Source: Octopus vulgaris
Taxonomy: Eukaryota
DNA length: 64,000 nucleotides
Direction of reading: 5' to 3'
Assembly (NCBI GenBank): GCA_951406725.2
Contig: OX597818.1
Coordinates: forward strand, 113,522,001 to 113,586,000
Below are positions 1 to 12,010 of this stretch, one piece after another. Both the position numbers and the translations under genes were made by a program. Each line of letters opens with the position of its first letter. Position 1 is the stretch's first letter. The notes below the pieces were generated by a model. It worked only from the letters and a program-made list of their open reading frames with translations. It searched no databases and was not told where the DNA came from.

Positions 1-37
1 AAGTACTGGACTAATTTAATCAACTAACCTTTTAACC

Positions 38-331
38 AAATTTCACTATACTCGTTGCCAACCCTCACCTTACTGACAGCATCCCTGTACTGGGCTTCTA
101 CAGCTCTTACCAACCACTCATCTATCTCTAGCTTCTGCATTGATCACTAGATAAGAGAACGGAGGATGCTGTCAAAGACTTCCTCCAAGCAGGCAAAAGC
201 AAAGTACAGAGGTTTATCTTTGGTCAGGTATTTCTCCTGCAGTTGACTTACCAGAAATATTAGCATCAGTGATGCTTCTATCTGGCACAAAACCAAACTG
301 CATCTCATCTAGGCTAGATCTTTCCCTAATT
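38..331 (-). mobile_element. RTE-clade LINE reverse transcriptase fragment (decayed)
   Basis: Minus strand translates with one frameshift and stops to LDEMQFGFVPDRSITDA/IFLVSQLQEKYLTKDKPLYFAFACLEEVFDSILRSLI**SMQKLEIDEWLVRAVEAQYRDAVSKVRVG, matching the RTE RT pattern QFGF..STTDAIF..RQLQEKY..AFVDLEKAFD. Confidence 0.85.
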
Positions 332-599
332 ACTTATCCATGCACTTATGATGGATATAGACTCGTGAGAGCACCGGAAAAATCACAGCCTGTCGTTTCC
401 ATAACGGAAGAACACCCTGGCCAATGTAATTCGTGAAATACAAAAATATTGGATTGACATGGCTGGAAAGGTTTGCTCAACTAAAACTGAGCAATGATAA
501 GTACAGTGTATGTTAAAGAGTACCTTGGTTCCTCTAAGATATAAATGTGTTGTAATATCTTAAACAAATGAAACCGATACTATAACAAGTGCAGCCGCG

Positions 600-1046
600 A
601 GGGGGATTGGTGCATTTGTCGGCGTTAGGAAATCTTTTGTAGCTGCAGTAATCTTTATCTCCGGTCACGATTTACGATCATTTTTTACTTTTCATTTGAA
701 AAGGAAGGTGTGGCTGGAGAAGAGATGTCTGTTGGAGAGTATGTTCAAAAGGAGATGGAAGCACGTTGCACGAGTGGTGTGCGTGAAAGGAACCGTGTGA
801 ATAGACTATAAAAGAAGAATACAAAAAAAAGGTACCAGTGATAGATCAGGGCTTGTGGGGTCGGAGCGTGGCCGGATCATCGCTACATTTGTGTTGTCTC
901 TGTATTGTTAATTTCATTCGAATTTTTAAAAATATTTTATATAATTTTTATATTCATATTTTATGTAAAATCATAACGTATTACTGATCCCAATTAGTTG
1001 TTTTGTCCATTTCTGTGTTTGGTCCCCTGTGGGCATTAAAGAAATT
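600..1046 (+). mobile_element. 3' end of a Tx1-clade LINE (ORF2 C-terminus, 3' UTR, tail)
   Basis: 651-800 reads IFISGHDLRSFFTFHLKRKVWLEKRCLLESMFKRRWKHVARVVCVKGTV*, resembling Tx1/L1-type ORF2 C-termini (..F..RW..). A T-rich 3' UTR follows, ending TTGTCCATTTCTGTGTTTGGTCCCCTGTGGGCATTAAAGAAAT. The 5' boundary is approximate. Confidence 0.65.
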
Positions 1047-1432
1047 GGTATTTCGTCTGTCTTTAGGTTCTGAGTTCAAAATTCCGCCAACGTCGACTTT
1101 GCCTTTCATCCCTTCGGGGTCGATACATTAATACCAGTTACAGACTGGGGTCGATGTAATCGACTTAATCCCTTTGTCTGTCCTTGTTTTTCCCCTCTAT
1201 GTTTAGCCCCTTGAAGGCAATAAAGAAATAAGAAACGTTAGCAATCCGGACGAAATACTTAGCGGTATTTCGTCTGTCTATACGTTCTGAGTTCAAATTA
1301 CGCCGAGGTCGACTTTGCCTTTTATACTTTCGGGGGTCGAGGAAATAAGTGACAGTTGCATACTGGGGTCGATCTAATCGTCTGGCCTCTCTCCCCAAAA
1401 ATTTAGGACCTTGTGCCTAGAGTAGAAAAGAA
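1047..1432 (+). mobile_element. Head-to-tail SINE A2 (1047-1230) + A1 (1231-1432), both lacking the extreme 5' end
   Basis: B-box GAGTTCAAAT, central domain GTCGACTTTGCCTTTCATCCYTTCGGGGTCGAT, A2 tail ..GTTTAGCCCC..TAAAGAAATA and A1 tail ..CCTTGTGCCTAGAGTAGAAAAGAA. Confidence 0.9.
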
Positions 1433-1439
1433 GACTTAG

Positions 1440-2390
1440 CTGGCGCATTAATTTATATTTTGGTTTCGTTGAGGAGGTTCTCTTCTGATTGCAACTTGAG
1501 TTGATACCTTCTTTACTACGCTGCCCTAGTTTTTCTTTCCCGAGATATTGTTAGATATAATAGATGAAGAGAATGTATTCTATGTAGTATATTGTCGTGC
1601 GTTAAAGCTGTTGCTTCTTGCGTTGACCAAAAGTGGTTTCTGTTTTACGTCATTTTCTTAGTATTACTTTGTACATTGATTAACTATTTTTACTTGGATG
1701 TCTTATATAAGAATGCTGTAGACGCGATGCACGTAAATCTTATCTTTATTCTTTCTCAGTGCATGTAACATGCTAATATTGTTGATTTTCAGGATTGGCT
1801 GCATTAGATTATTGCTTTTAGTTTTGCTGGTGAGAAGAAATATTGTGCATTTGGTGGACGGTAATTTTCGTCTCTTTACTGAAAGGTTTCTCTACTGCTT
1901 GTTCTTTTCCCCATTTCAAATAAATGCATTTCGTGTCCTATTACTTAGTTTTTTTTCATGTAATGTCGTTTGTGTTGTCTATGTAGTGGATGTATCTAGG
2001 AGTGAATTTTATGTGTTATGAGACATTAAATGTCGCATGATTTCTCCTGCTTTTTAGGAATCTAATCAGAAATTTTACATGTGTTTCTTGTATCCTTGTA
2101 ATATAATGCGTGTTTGATGAGGGCAACTAGCGATGCTGCATTATAATAATAGTTCTAGTATATTTTGTGTTGCGTTTCAATGGCGTGCGTTATTTACTGC
2201 GCCGCTTATTTCTGCGTGTTTCTGTGTAACGTGCGTGCATTTCTACATGCTGGTTCTTAGAGTTGCTGGCATTCTAAAATGTTCAGTAAAGTCTTTGATG
2301 AAAATTATGGTTGTTTTAGTAGAGAGATAATGATGTTAGATATACTCTTTTGGTTTTGTTAGATTCGCTGTTTTGGTTTTGGTTCCTTAC
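1440..2390 (-). mobile_element. Possible highly decayed REL-endonuclease LINE remnant
   Basis: Strong T/A strand skew; faint similarity on the minus strand near 1480-1640 to the post-zinc-knuckle region of R2-like elements; many stops. Confidence 0.3.
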
Positions 2391-3225
2391 ACAGTATGCT
2401 TGAAAATCAGCAGTTTCCTTTTTGTCTACGGCCAAATATCTTTGTACTCGGCATAAGTTGTACTTGAACATTGTAAAGTTCAAAACTTAACAAAGTTATA
2501 TCTTCTGCTTCTAAAACCATCGGCTTCAATAATTTAGAACGTAAGTATATTCGATCAGGACTAAACAAAAATCAAAACAACTTCTGGGACGTCGTGGAAA
2601 TGATCAGTCTTTAACAATGCAAAAATATCCCGAGACTGGAAGCGATTTTGGGAGATTCCTGAAGAGTGAATGGTGCATATTTGCTCTGGGTGCAACATAG
2701 CCGAGTGTATAAGAAGTTAGCTTCACAATAGCAAGGTTCTTTGTTCAATTCCACTACGTGGAATATTGGGCAAGTATGTTTATCATGGCCGCGGAGGTGG
2801 GTCGACCCAAGTCTTGTAAATCAAATTGAGCAGAAAGAACAGAAAGTTCGTCAGGTGAACTTGTATTTTAAATGTCCATTCTTGTCACTTTATTACACTG
2901 ATTCTGCTTAAGTACGCTAAGGGGACATGTGTCTGTATTATAGGTAGCAACATATTCGCTAATTTAATGAGAATATTGCTCAGTTGATCAAAAAGCAGAA
3001 TACTTATCGTCGAAATCGACGAAGATCCACTTTCTTTTACAGGTCCCCATAAACAGAAGACCAGAAAGAGCACTTTAATGAAATTTTATCATGTCCAGTT
3101 CTTTCCAATTATTGACAGGCGAACATTTTTATAGGGAGTTGATGTTTTTCGATGAAAAATGAAAAGATGAAGTCGGTATAAAGGAATACATGTTACATAT
3201 ATTTCAGGATTAGTAATACTGTCTT

Positions 3226-3538
3226 GTGGAGGCACAAGGCCTAGTGGTTAGAGCAGGGGTCTCGCGGTCGAGGGATCGCATGTTCGAATCTCAGACCAGG
3301 CGATGTTTGTGTTTATGAGCGAAACACCTAAGCTCCACGCGGCCCCGGCAGAAGGTAATGGCGAAGGTCTGCTGACTCTTTCGCCACAACTTTCTCTCAC
3401 TCTTTCTTCCTACATCTTGCAGCTCACCTGCGATGGACTGGCGTCCCATCCAGATGGGGAACCTATACGCCACGGAAACCGGGGAAACCGGCCCTTATGA
3501 GCCAGGCGTGATTCGCGAAGGAACAAAAAAACAACAAA
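3226..3538 (+). mobile_element. tRNA-derived SINE, C head with V-SINE-like 3' half
   Basis: A box GGCCTAGTGG and B box GTTCGAATC. The head is shared with 13220-13587 and 36473-36820, but the 3' half is CCTGCGATGGACTGGCGTCCCATCCAG..GAAACCGGG, followed by an (AAC)/A tail. Confidence 0.85.
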
Positions 3539-6474
3539 ACGATGCTGTCTTAACTGACCCCTTCGAGTACTCAAACTCGATTATGTAGTTACCTTGATAG
3601 CAAGGAATCCCATCAAGTTAACCCTACATCGTGAACTCTGAACTGTTTACCCTTGCAAGTGAAAAATAGTTGTTCTTCTAAAGAGTGTTGCTCGACACTT
3701 ACCAAATATAGTAGAATTTTTATTGTATATAAACTACAAGCTTTTTTTATTAGTTATACACTCGCGTTCATAGAAAATATTACGCAAAAGCAACAAGAAC
3801 AACAACGAGTAAACATCCAAGTTCAATTCGGTGAATATAAAACCTCAACTTCTTTAGATTGCAGCGGCTATAGTCTATATATCTTTACATGATGATCAAT
3901 AATCAATGTAAATCGAAGACATTTTTACTTTAATTTACAGGAGCAATAGAAAAACAATATTAGCTTCATAAACAGTGTTCTTTAATGAAGTGAAGTATAT
4001 TGATACAACACAACTATCGGTTTCATGTGATCAGATTATGAGGCAGGATTTTATTTTCGTTCCTACGTTTATGTTATACCTTTACAAAAAAATTCACTTG
4101 AAAATATTTTATTGAATGAAAGCCATGAAAATATTCTCTATAACGATGTCAGATTGATGCTATTTAACTATGTTTCTATTGATATATTTTTGTTTTCATC
4201 CACTTGTGAATGCACTTTTGCCTACACCACATACACACATGTCATTGCGGTTGATTAAAAAGTTTTTCTCAAACCTAAAATCAAATTATTGGTCGTTTCT
4301 GTATTCAGAATGTAAATCACAGGATTCTATTTTCTTACAAATTTCATCTTCTACTTTATTTATTTATATATTTATTTCTCTATTTCTCACTTTGTTTAGA
4401 AGCGCACGTTAAACTCATCATGACATCTCATAAATATATATTGAAATCTTATTAAAGAAAGATCTCGGTGTTTCAAGAAACGAAGTTGCAGAAATAAAGT
4501 TGTCAGTTGGTGATATATTATTGGAGTTAGAATGATGGAGTTAGTGCAGGAAGTAAGAATGATAAAGTTAGTACAGGAAGTAGAGAGCTGAAATAGATTA
4601 TTTGCATTATTTCGCCTGCTGTCTCGCATTTCACTGTTCAGATTCCACTGAATTCAAATTTGTTTTCATCTTTTTGTTAGTTCGTAAAGTAAATTCCCGT
4701 TATATATACTATTAAAACAAAAAGACAAATTACTCTCCTCTCATTTCCAAGCAAAACTTTGTGATCGGTAAACAAATTATTCTGGGAGTCGCAAACACAC
4801 ACTAAGAGGGTGAGATAATAAAATATAAAGACTGCTACATTTATCTATCGATACCTGGCGACTGTGCTTGTGCGGTTCGGCCTAGGCCTTGGCTTCCTTG
4901 GATGATCAATGGCTTTGTATCACAACATTGACTCGATAGTCTGCATCAGAGCAAATACTGCGGAACAAAGGCTGCAAGCCGTTCTGTACAACGTTCTGAT
5001 AGTTTTGCCAAGACATCATTTGGACGATTCGGCAGAGCCATTAGAACTATATACACATGTAAAATAATGATATGGTCAAGATGATACATGTTTGATCATG
5101 GGCCTTCTTGACAGGAACTACTTGGGGCTAAAACTTGAGTGACCAATTATTTCGGTCAACCTCATCATTAAATTTGGGTCTTCATTTTCATTCCAATGAT
5201 TGATTACCTGCATTCTACCTTTAATTCATCAAGAAACGAACATCTAGCTGATTAACTTGCACGCCTGCCAGCGTTTTCAAGAAAACAAATAAAAATGAAC
5301 AGAGGCCTGCCTCGATAAAATTTTATAATATTCAATTAAAGGAATGACCTGTCCTTTACATGGAAGAAGTTTTATTTTTTTGTCTCTTTAGAGTTTTTTT
5401 TTTTTTTTGTCTCTTTAGAGATTTTTTACCATTTACTTATTTTCTGTTACATTTTCCTGTTGCTTTTTTTTTATAATTTTTTCCCAGCTTCATCTATTTA
5501 TTTTGTATTTTTATTTATTTATCTATTTGTAATTTTTTTTTCTGATTCTCCTTTCATTTATAATCCATAATTCAATGGAGGCAAAAGAACAGTTCAATGT
5601 TGTCAAACGGAGATGGTTTTCAAGTATAGAACTGCCAAAGCTGTTAAAAAGGAAGAAACGAAAGTCAGAGCACAAGAATAGCATCTACACCAACAACAAA
5701 AAACAAAACAACAATTGGTTAAAGGCCCAAGTGGATGGATTGTTTCCTTTTTGTGTAGACAGCGGAATCGCTTGCAAAATATTCCAGTGAATGTTTTTTT
5801 TTAGTTCCTTCTTTTCTAATCGATTCTCCTCTCACCCCGCCCTCTCTTTCAGAAACTAAGAACAGTATCACAATGAATAGATGTCATCGTTTGATACATT
5901 CCGTTTGGCTTTAGAAATCGTACGTCAGCAACATACGATGACTGTATGACTAAGGCGGCGACGAGCTGGCAGAACCGTTACTGCGCCGGAAATGTATATG
6001 GTTATATGCGAGCTCGGTCCGCGTTGTGCTAGATTAAGCTAATTATATCCAGAGGAACATGAGATATAAAATTTAAAATGGTAGTGAATTTCAACTTTTG
6101 ACTGTTTTGTCTATAATTTAATATCCGCTCCACATGACCAGCAGCACTTCTCTTGTTAAAAGTTCTCTCGACGTCACCGTAGTAGTTGTTGCTTCTTCTT
6201 CTTCTTCTTCTTCCAATCAGGACTCACGCCATTAGTCACAAAGAATAAATCTCTAATTCGAGCCTACTCTAAGCTAATAAGAATGCGTGTAGCAACTTGA
6301 AGATCCACCCACCACACGTGATAGACTTGGCGGTTGCACAGGATTCAAAAGTTACGTTGTTATCCTCATTCCGTAAACGGTGGATTTTAACGGGTGAAGA
6401 GCTGGGGTACAGAGGATTCGCAATCTAGACTAGGATCTGAAAGTTTACCACACCATGGTTCCTCTGATTTGTGG

Positions 6475-6668
6475 CAGAAGTAGAAAGAAAGAGTGAGAGA
6501 AAGTTGTGGTGAAAGAGTACAGCGGGGTTCACCACTACCCTCCGCCGGAGCCTCGTGGACCTTAGATGTTTTTGCTCAATAAACACTCACAATGCCCGGA
6601 CTGGGAATCGAAACCGCGTTCTTACAACTGCGAGTCCGCTGCCCTAACCACTGGGCCATTGCGCCTCC
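6475..6668 (-). mobile_element. SINE C 5' half
   Basis: Reverse complement GGAGGCGCAATGGCCCAGTGGTTAGGGCAGCGGACTCGC..TTTCGATTCCC..CACAACTTTCTCTCACTCTTTC. Confidence 0.85.
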
Positions 6669-6851
6669 GTCGTTCTTGCTGGCATTGTTTAGCTCCGAAT
6701 CAACCTGGTTCAAGCAAGCCTATGATTTAAGGCATTCCAGCTTTTGAACATCCTGGCTGTGTGATTCAGAAGTTTACTTCCCAACCATGTAATCTTTGGT
6801 TCAGTCCCACTACACAGCATCATGGCCAAGAGTTTTCTTATATATATATAA

Positions 6852-7162
6852 TAGCCCTCCGTCGGTTACGACGTCAAGGCTCCCAGCTGATCCGATCAAC
6901 GGAACAGCCTGCTCGTGAAATTAACGTGCAAGTGGCTGACCACCCCACAGACACGCGTATCCTTAACGTAGTTCTCAGGGAGATTCAGCGTGACACAGAG
7001 TGTGACAAGGCTGGCCCTTTGAAATAGAGGTACTGCTCAATTTTGCCAGCTGAGTGTACTGAAGCAACACGAAATAAAGTGCCACAACGTGTTACCGGAA
7101 ATTGAACTCACGACCTTACGATCGTGAGCCGAATGCCCTAACCACTAAGCCACGCGCCTTTC
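6852..7162 (-). mobile_element. SINE D (tRNA head + tail shared with C)
   Basis: Head GGCGCGTGGCTTAGTGGTTAGGGCATTCGGCTCACGATCGTAAGGTCGTGAGTTCAAT; 3' half CTTGTCACACTCTGTGTCACGCTGAATCTCC..GTAACCGACGGAG. Confidence 0.85.
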
Positions 7163-7269
7163 ATCCTTTCGGGGGTCAATAAATTAAGTACCATTTGCTT
7201 ACTGGGGTCGATCTAATCAACTGACACCCTCCCTCAAAATTCGGGCCTTGTGCCTAGAGTAGAAAAGAA
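7155..7269 (+). mobile_element. 5'-truncated SINE A1
   Basis: Central domain plus A1 tail. A second truncated A1 lies at 7922-8021. Confidence 0.85.
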
Positions 7270-8329
7270 CATATACTAACGTATGATACTATTTTTAGGA
7301 CGATAGGATATTTGAATTTCCATCGTAAGCTAAGTTCTTATTCTTCAATATTTTTTATTTAATTATTTTCCGAAATATTTTGCCATTGTTTTAACAGATT
7401 TTTGGATGAGCAGATCAATGGGTGTAATCGATAGTCGAGTAACACTAAAAGCCTTAAAGTGTTCAAAATTTGAATCCATTCCTTGGCTTATAGAATAATT
7501 ACGTGTCAGATAATGGAATCGAATTAATCTTTCATGAGTCCTTTCACCTTACAAAACTTTGTGTAAAATTGAAAGTCCTAAAACTGTTGCAAATATAATT
7601 AGAAGAGAAAGCAACACGTGAATATAAATCAAATGTTTCAAGCAGGCAAAATTATCTAACAACAAATATGTATAACTCTATTCTAACCAGTAATCGCTGT
7701 ACACGAGATAATCTTTCGGTAATGCGGGTTCGATTCTAGCTTGAAGCATTTTCTCTTCATTAAATATTTTAATGATCAATGCTAGAATATGATAGCAAGG
7801 ATATCAGTCGTTTCTTTCCACTAAATTTAATGTTCACTGCAAGTGAAATTAATCAGTTTCCGAATTTTTTAAATTATAGTTATTTTCAAACGCCATAAAT
7901 TTATTACACATATTTATTACAGAGTCGATAAAATGAAGTACCAGTTGCGTACTGGGGTCTATCTAATCGCCTGGCCCCCTCCTCCAAAATTTCTAGCCTC
8001 GTGCCTACAGTAGAAAAGAATACTGTCATACACTAATACCATACTGTTCTGCTGAATACTGATACGATACTAATTCTCTACTCTACTCATGATAAATAAT
8101 TTCTTATAAAATGCAGAAACTTAGGAGAGAGCAATTGATTATATTGACCTTAGCATTTACGGGGTATTTATTCATCGACATGGGAAGGGGGTATGGGGAA
8201 TGCGATACCGGCCACAGTGGGATCTGAACTCAAGAATGTAACGAACCGTAACTAAGTAGCACAAAGCATTGTGTTCGACGCTCTAACGATTCTACCATTT
8301 CACTGTTGTTAATAATAAAAAAAAGAACA

Positions 8330-8872
8330 GCAGTAAAGAGATCAACAGGAGGGCAATACCAATATTGATATATTCTGAAAAGGATTTTTTTTACAGTAGA
8401 CGTAAAACGAACAAAATTAATTGGACAGAAACACTAAAAATGTGTTAACAAAGCATAATGTCTTACATCTATTGTGTTGTCAGATCGTATTTAGGAAAAA
8501 AATGTAGCAAAGATAAGCTTCTATGTAGAGTAAAGAAGATCAATAGAGGCAAAAATATAGAATGATAAAAGGATTGCAAACTGAGAAAGGAATGAATAGA
8601 AAGTGTAAAAGAAAATGCATTATGTGGTCAGTGTGTCAGGCAAAGAGAAGACAGCAAGATAGGAACAATGGTGGAAACTGAAGAACTATAAATGGAAACA
8701 AACCCTGATCGATACATGGGAACAACTGATTAGGACAAAATTTGTGAAAGCAAACATAGACAGAAACCAAAATCGTAGTATGTGATGGATATGTGGTATT
8801 GTAGATAAAACCGTCAACGATTTATTGTGAAAATACATTGAGATGGCAGAGAAAGGCTATAGATGAAGGCTC
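8330..8872 (+). mobile_element. R4/Dong-clade LINE fragment (post-RT to zinc knuckle)
   Basis: Pieces translate to LDRNTKNVLTKHNVLH, KENALCGQCVRQ and QLIRTKFVKANIDRNQNRSM*WICGIVDKTVNDLL*KYIEMAEKGYR*R, matching R4/Dong LDRKTRK..H..LHP, LHGQF and QAIRT..K..ID..CR.C..ET..H..C..LA..Y..RH. Confidence 0.7.
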
Positions 8873-9904
8873 AAACGAATAAAGGAAACGATAGGGGATT
8901 GCAATTCAGTGAACGTGGTGAGCTGTGGAAAGCTATGTTGCTCAAAAACGACGCCAAGCTGTCAAGAAATCTGCGCATATTTCGAAGCCGAGGAACATGC
9001 CTAAGAGTCAAGAGACTCATCATCCCGTGATCGCATCTCTGCAGAGGGTATTCATAACAGGCTGGTCTTCCGAATACCAAAAGCTTGTTCTTTTCCAATT
9101 TACAAAAGAGGGACCATGCAATAATGACAGATATGCTTGAAACCAGGTACAAAAGACGGATTGTGATACATCTCTGATCAACCTTTCAGGAATAGTTTCA
9201 TATTTGTCCTATTTCTGAATGTGACTGACCACTTTACTCGTATTCTTTTGCCAATTTCTCCACACCTGATGTTCTGGACCGAACCAGATGCTCAACACTT
9301 TAATAAGATCCTCAGGCAACATATAGTTACTTCTCTAATGCCTAGTTTCAGTCTCACCGACTTGTCCTGGCCAATCTTCTATCCTTGTAACCAAACTATA
9401 TTCCTACAGTTTGGTATGGTCTATCTTGATTTTTGACACCTCACTGACCACCGCGGTGATACATCTTCTCATGTAGACACAGCTCTGCAGTGCACAGATT
9501 CTTCTGATCAGAAGAATCCTTTCCCTCAGCAAAAAGTGTAAGAGTAGATGCTCTACTCTGATCGGATGCGGCTCCGACAAGGCGGCGTTACAAGTTCGCT
9601 TCTTTAGTCTGATCGTTCAAAGGTAAGTTATTTAGAAGACTAATCAGTCAGACTCAGCTTTGTCCCAGTTCCTATTCACCCGGAATCCCGCATCTAACTG
9701 CAGCCAAAGTACCTTGAATATACACTCAGCCGAGCAGTTGACAATGGCCGACGTAGATGTGCTTCTTGAAGGGTCACCTAAAATTTCGTCAATATGGTGT
9801 AGACACTTCCTGCAATTCTAAGATACTGGACAGTGAAGTAGTTTTATTATTCACGTTTGTATCGTATTATCTTGAAACATATTTTTACCCATCAAACTTC
9901 CACA

Positions 9905-10337
9905 GCTTGGAGTGGCTGTGTGGTAAGTGCTTGCTTACCAACCACATGGTTCTGGGTTCAGTGCCACTGCGTGGCACCTTGGGTAAGTGTCTTATACTAA
10001 AGCCTCGGTTTGACCAAAGCCTTGTGAGTGGATTCGGTAGACGGAAACTGAAAGAAGCCCGTCGTATATATATATATATATGTGTGTGTGCGTGTGTGTG
10101 TGTGTGTGTGTGTATGCATGTATGTATATGTTTGTGTGTCTATGTTTGCCCCCCCCCCAACATAGCTTGACAACCGATACTGGTGTGTTTACGTCCCCGT
10201 CACTTAGCGGTCCGGCAAGAGAGACCGATAGAATAAGTACCAGGCTTACAAAGAATAAGTCCTGGGGTCGATTTGCTCGACTAAAGGCGGTGCTCCAGCA
10301 TGGCCGCAGTCAAATGGCTGAAACAAAAGAATAAAAA
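9905..10337 (+). mobile_element. SINE B, full length, internal (TA)(TG) microsatellite
   Basis: A box TGGCTGTGTGG, B box GGTTCAGTGCC, CORE-like ACCTTGGGTAAGTGTCTT, and tail GGCGGTGCTCCAGCATGGCCGCAGTCAAATGGCTGAAAA followed by TAAAAGA-type repeats. Confidence 0.9.
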
Positions 10338-11608
10338 AGTAAGTACATGATGTAAAACATTCAGGAGCAACATAAGATGGGTCATCCTCGAGAGAACAAA
10401 TATGTCACTGATAATTCTTCTTATATACGTTCCTTTAGTTCTTACGATTAAGCTGATAGTTAGGGCATTTGTTAACGCTAAGCATCTCTATTTAGCAGCA
10501 CCCGTTCAAACAAGAAGGTGAATTGCGCGGAAAAACTGCACGCATCAGACTAAAATTGAATAGTAAATCCTTATCGAAGTTGATCAAAGTTTTAGTTACA
10601 GATTCTGCCACTTCGACCTCCGTTATTCTGGGCCATCGAGCGGCTTTTGTTCTTTCGTGTTTCCTGCCTAAGTAATTAATCCGCGCCATTTAAGCAGCTT
10701 CTTCAGTGGTTCGATACCTTTGCCGGCCGTCTTTCCTTATTTGTTATTTCCCTTACGTTTATTGTTTTCTATCACTATTTCTTTGCTAAATGTAATCAAT
10801 TCAACTACTGTGGTTCTCTTTGGAGATTTCCATCATCATTCGTTGTCGGGAACTCACTCACTAATTCAGTTATTGTAACCTTTCCATATTGGAAACGTTA
10901 TGTATAGCTTCCAGTAATCAGGCTTCGTGTGTTTTATCTTAGCTGTCAGTTCAGATCATAAATATGGAATCTGTGCAGTCAACCTGTCAAAACTGTGGTT
11001 ATTCAATGCTAAAATGCACAAAACTCGTACCTAGATACGACGAAGATGTTTCTATAGGTTTTCTTGAAATCTTCATGGGAAATCCAGTCAATTCTTTCTG
11101 ATCCTACAACTTCTTGGTAAAGCCTGCGAAGCTTTTACCTTCATCTATTGGTTACTTCTGTTGGTTACTTCCACACAATCTGGATTTTACTCCTGTCTTT
11201 ATCAAACTGATATTAGACTCTTCATTAACTCGTACGAAGAATGTTTCTTTACAAGAAGTCACTCAAGTTGACTTCTTGCAAGTTATACTCTAACAGTAAT
11301 GAGCAGAATATTAATATTACCAAGAATGAGTCTACACACCTGAATAAGGTTGACCAGCACCTCGGAGATAAACAGCGCTAACCTGAAATTATTACTTTCA
11401 ATACTTTTCATTTCCAGGATCAACGAATCACTATCTGGGTCCAAGAAAACTATCCTTGCATCGAGATCCAAACACTATACCATCAGAGTCAACCGAGCGA
11501 AGGAGTAAATCTTATAGTTGATGAGTGCGTGTGCATGAAAAAAATCAGTTCTCGTTGGTGGCTATTGCAAGGATACGTAATGACCTAAGATCTTTCAGCA
11601 AGTGGTCT

Positions 11609-12010
11609 GGCAGAGTGGTTAGCACGCCGGGCGAAATGCTTAGCGGTATTTCGTCTGCCGCTACGTTCTGAGTTCAAATTCCGCCGAGGTCGACTTTGCC
11701 TTTCATCCTTTTGGGGTTGATAAATTAAGTACCAGTTACGCACTGGGGTCGATATAATCGACTTAATCCGCCTGTCTGTCCTTGTTTGTCCCCTCTGTAT
11801 TTAGCCCCTTGTGGGTAGTAAAGAAATAGGTATTTTGTCTGCCGCTACGTTCTGCGTTCAAATTCCGCCGAGGTCGACTTTGCCTTTCATCCTTTCGGGG
11901 TCGATTAAATAAGTAGCAGTTACGCACTGGGATCGAGATAATCGACAATCCGTTTGTCTGTCCTTGTTTGTCCTCTCTGTGTTTAGCCCCTTGTTGGTAG
12001 TAAAGAAATA
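11609..12010 (+). mobile_element. SINE A2 dimer inserted in the Tx1 endonuclease region
   Basis: Two units joined at AAAGAAATA|GGTATTT (11829), flanked by GGTCT at 11604-11608 and 12011-12015. Confidence 0.9.

Noticed and set aside
3226-3300. SINE heads as genuine tRNA genes
   Set aside because: They have A/B boxes but no complete cloverleaf or T-run terminator, and they continue into SINE bodies.
11609-12010. Tandem SINE units as a CRISPR-like array or retrozyme
   Set aside because: There are no unique spacers or cas genes, the context is eukaryotic, and I found no ribozyme core in the A unit.
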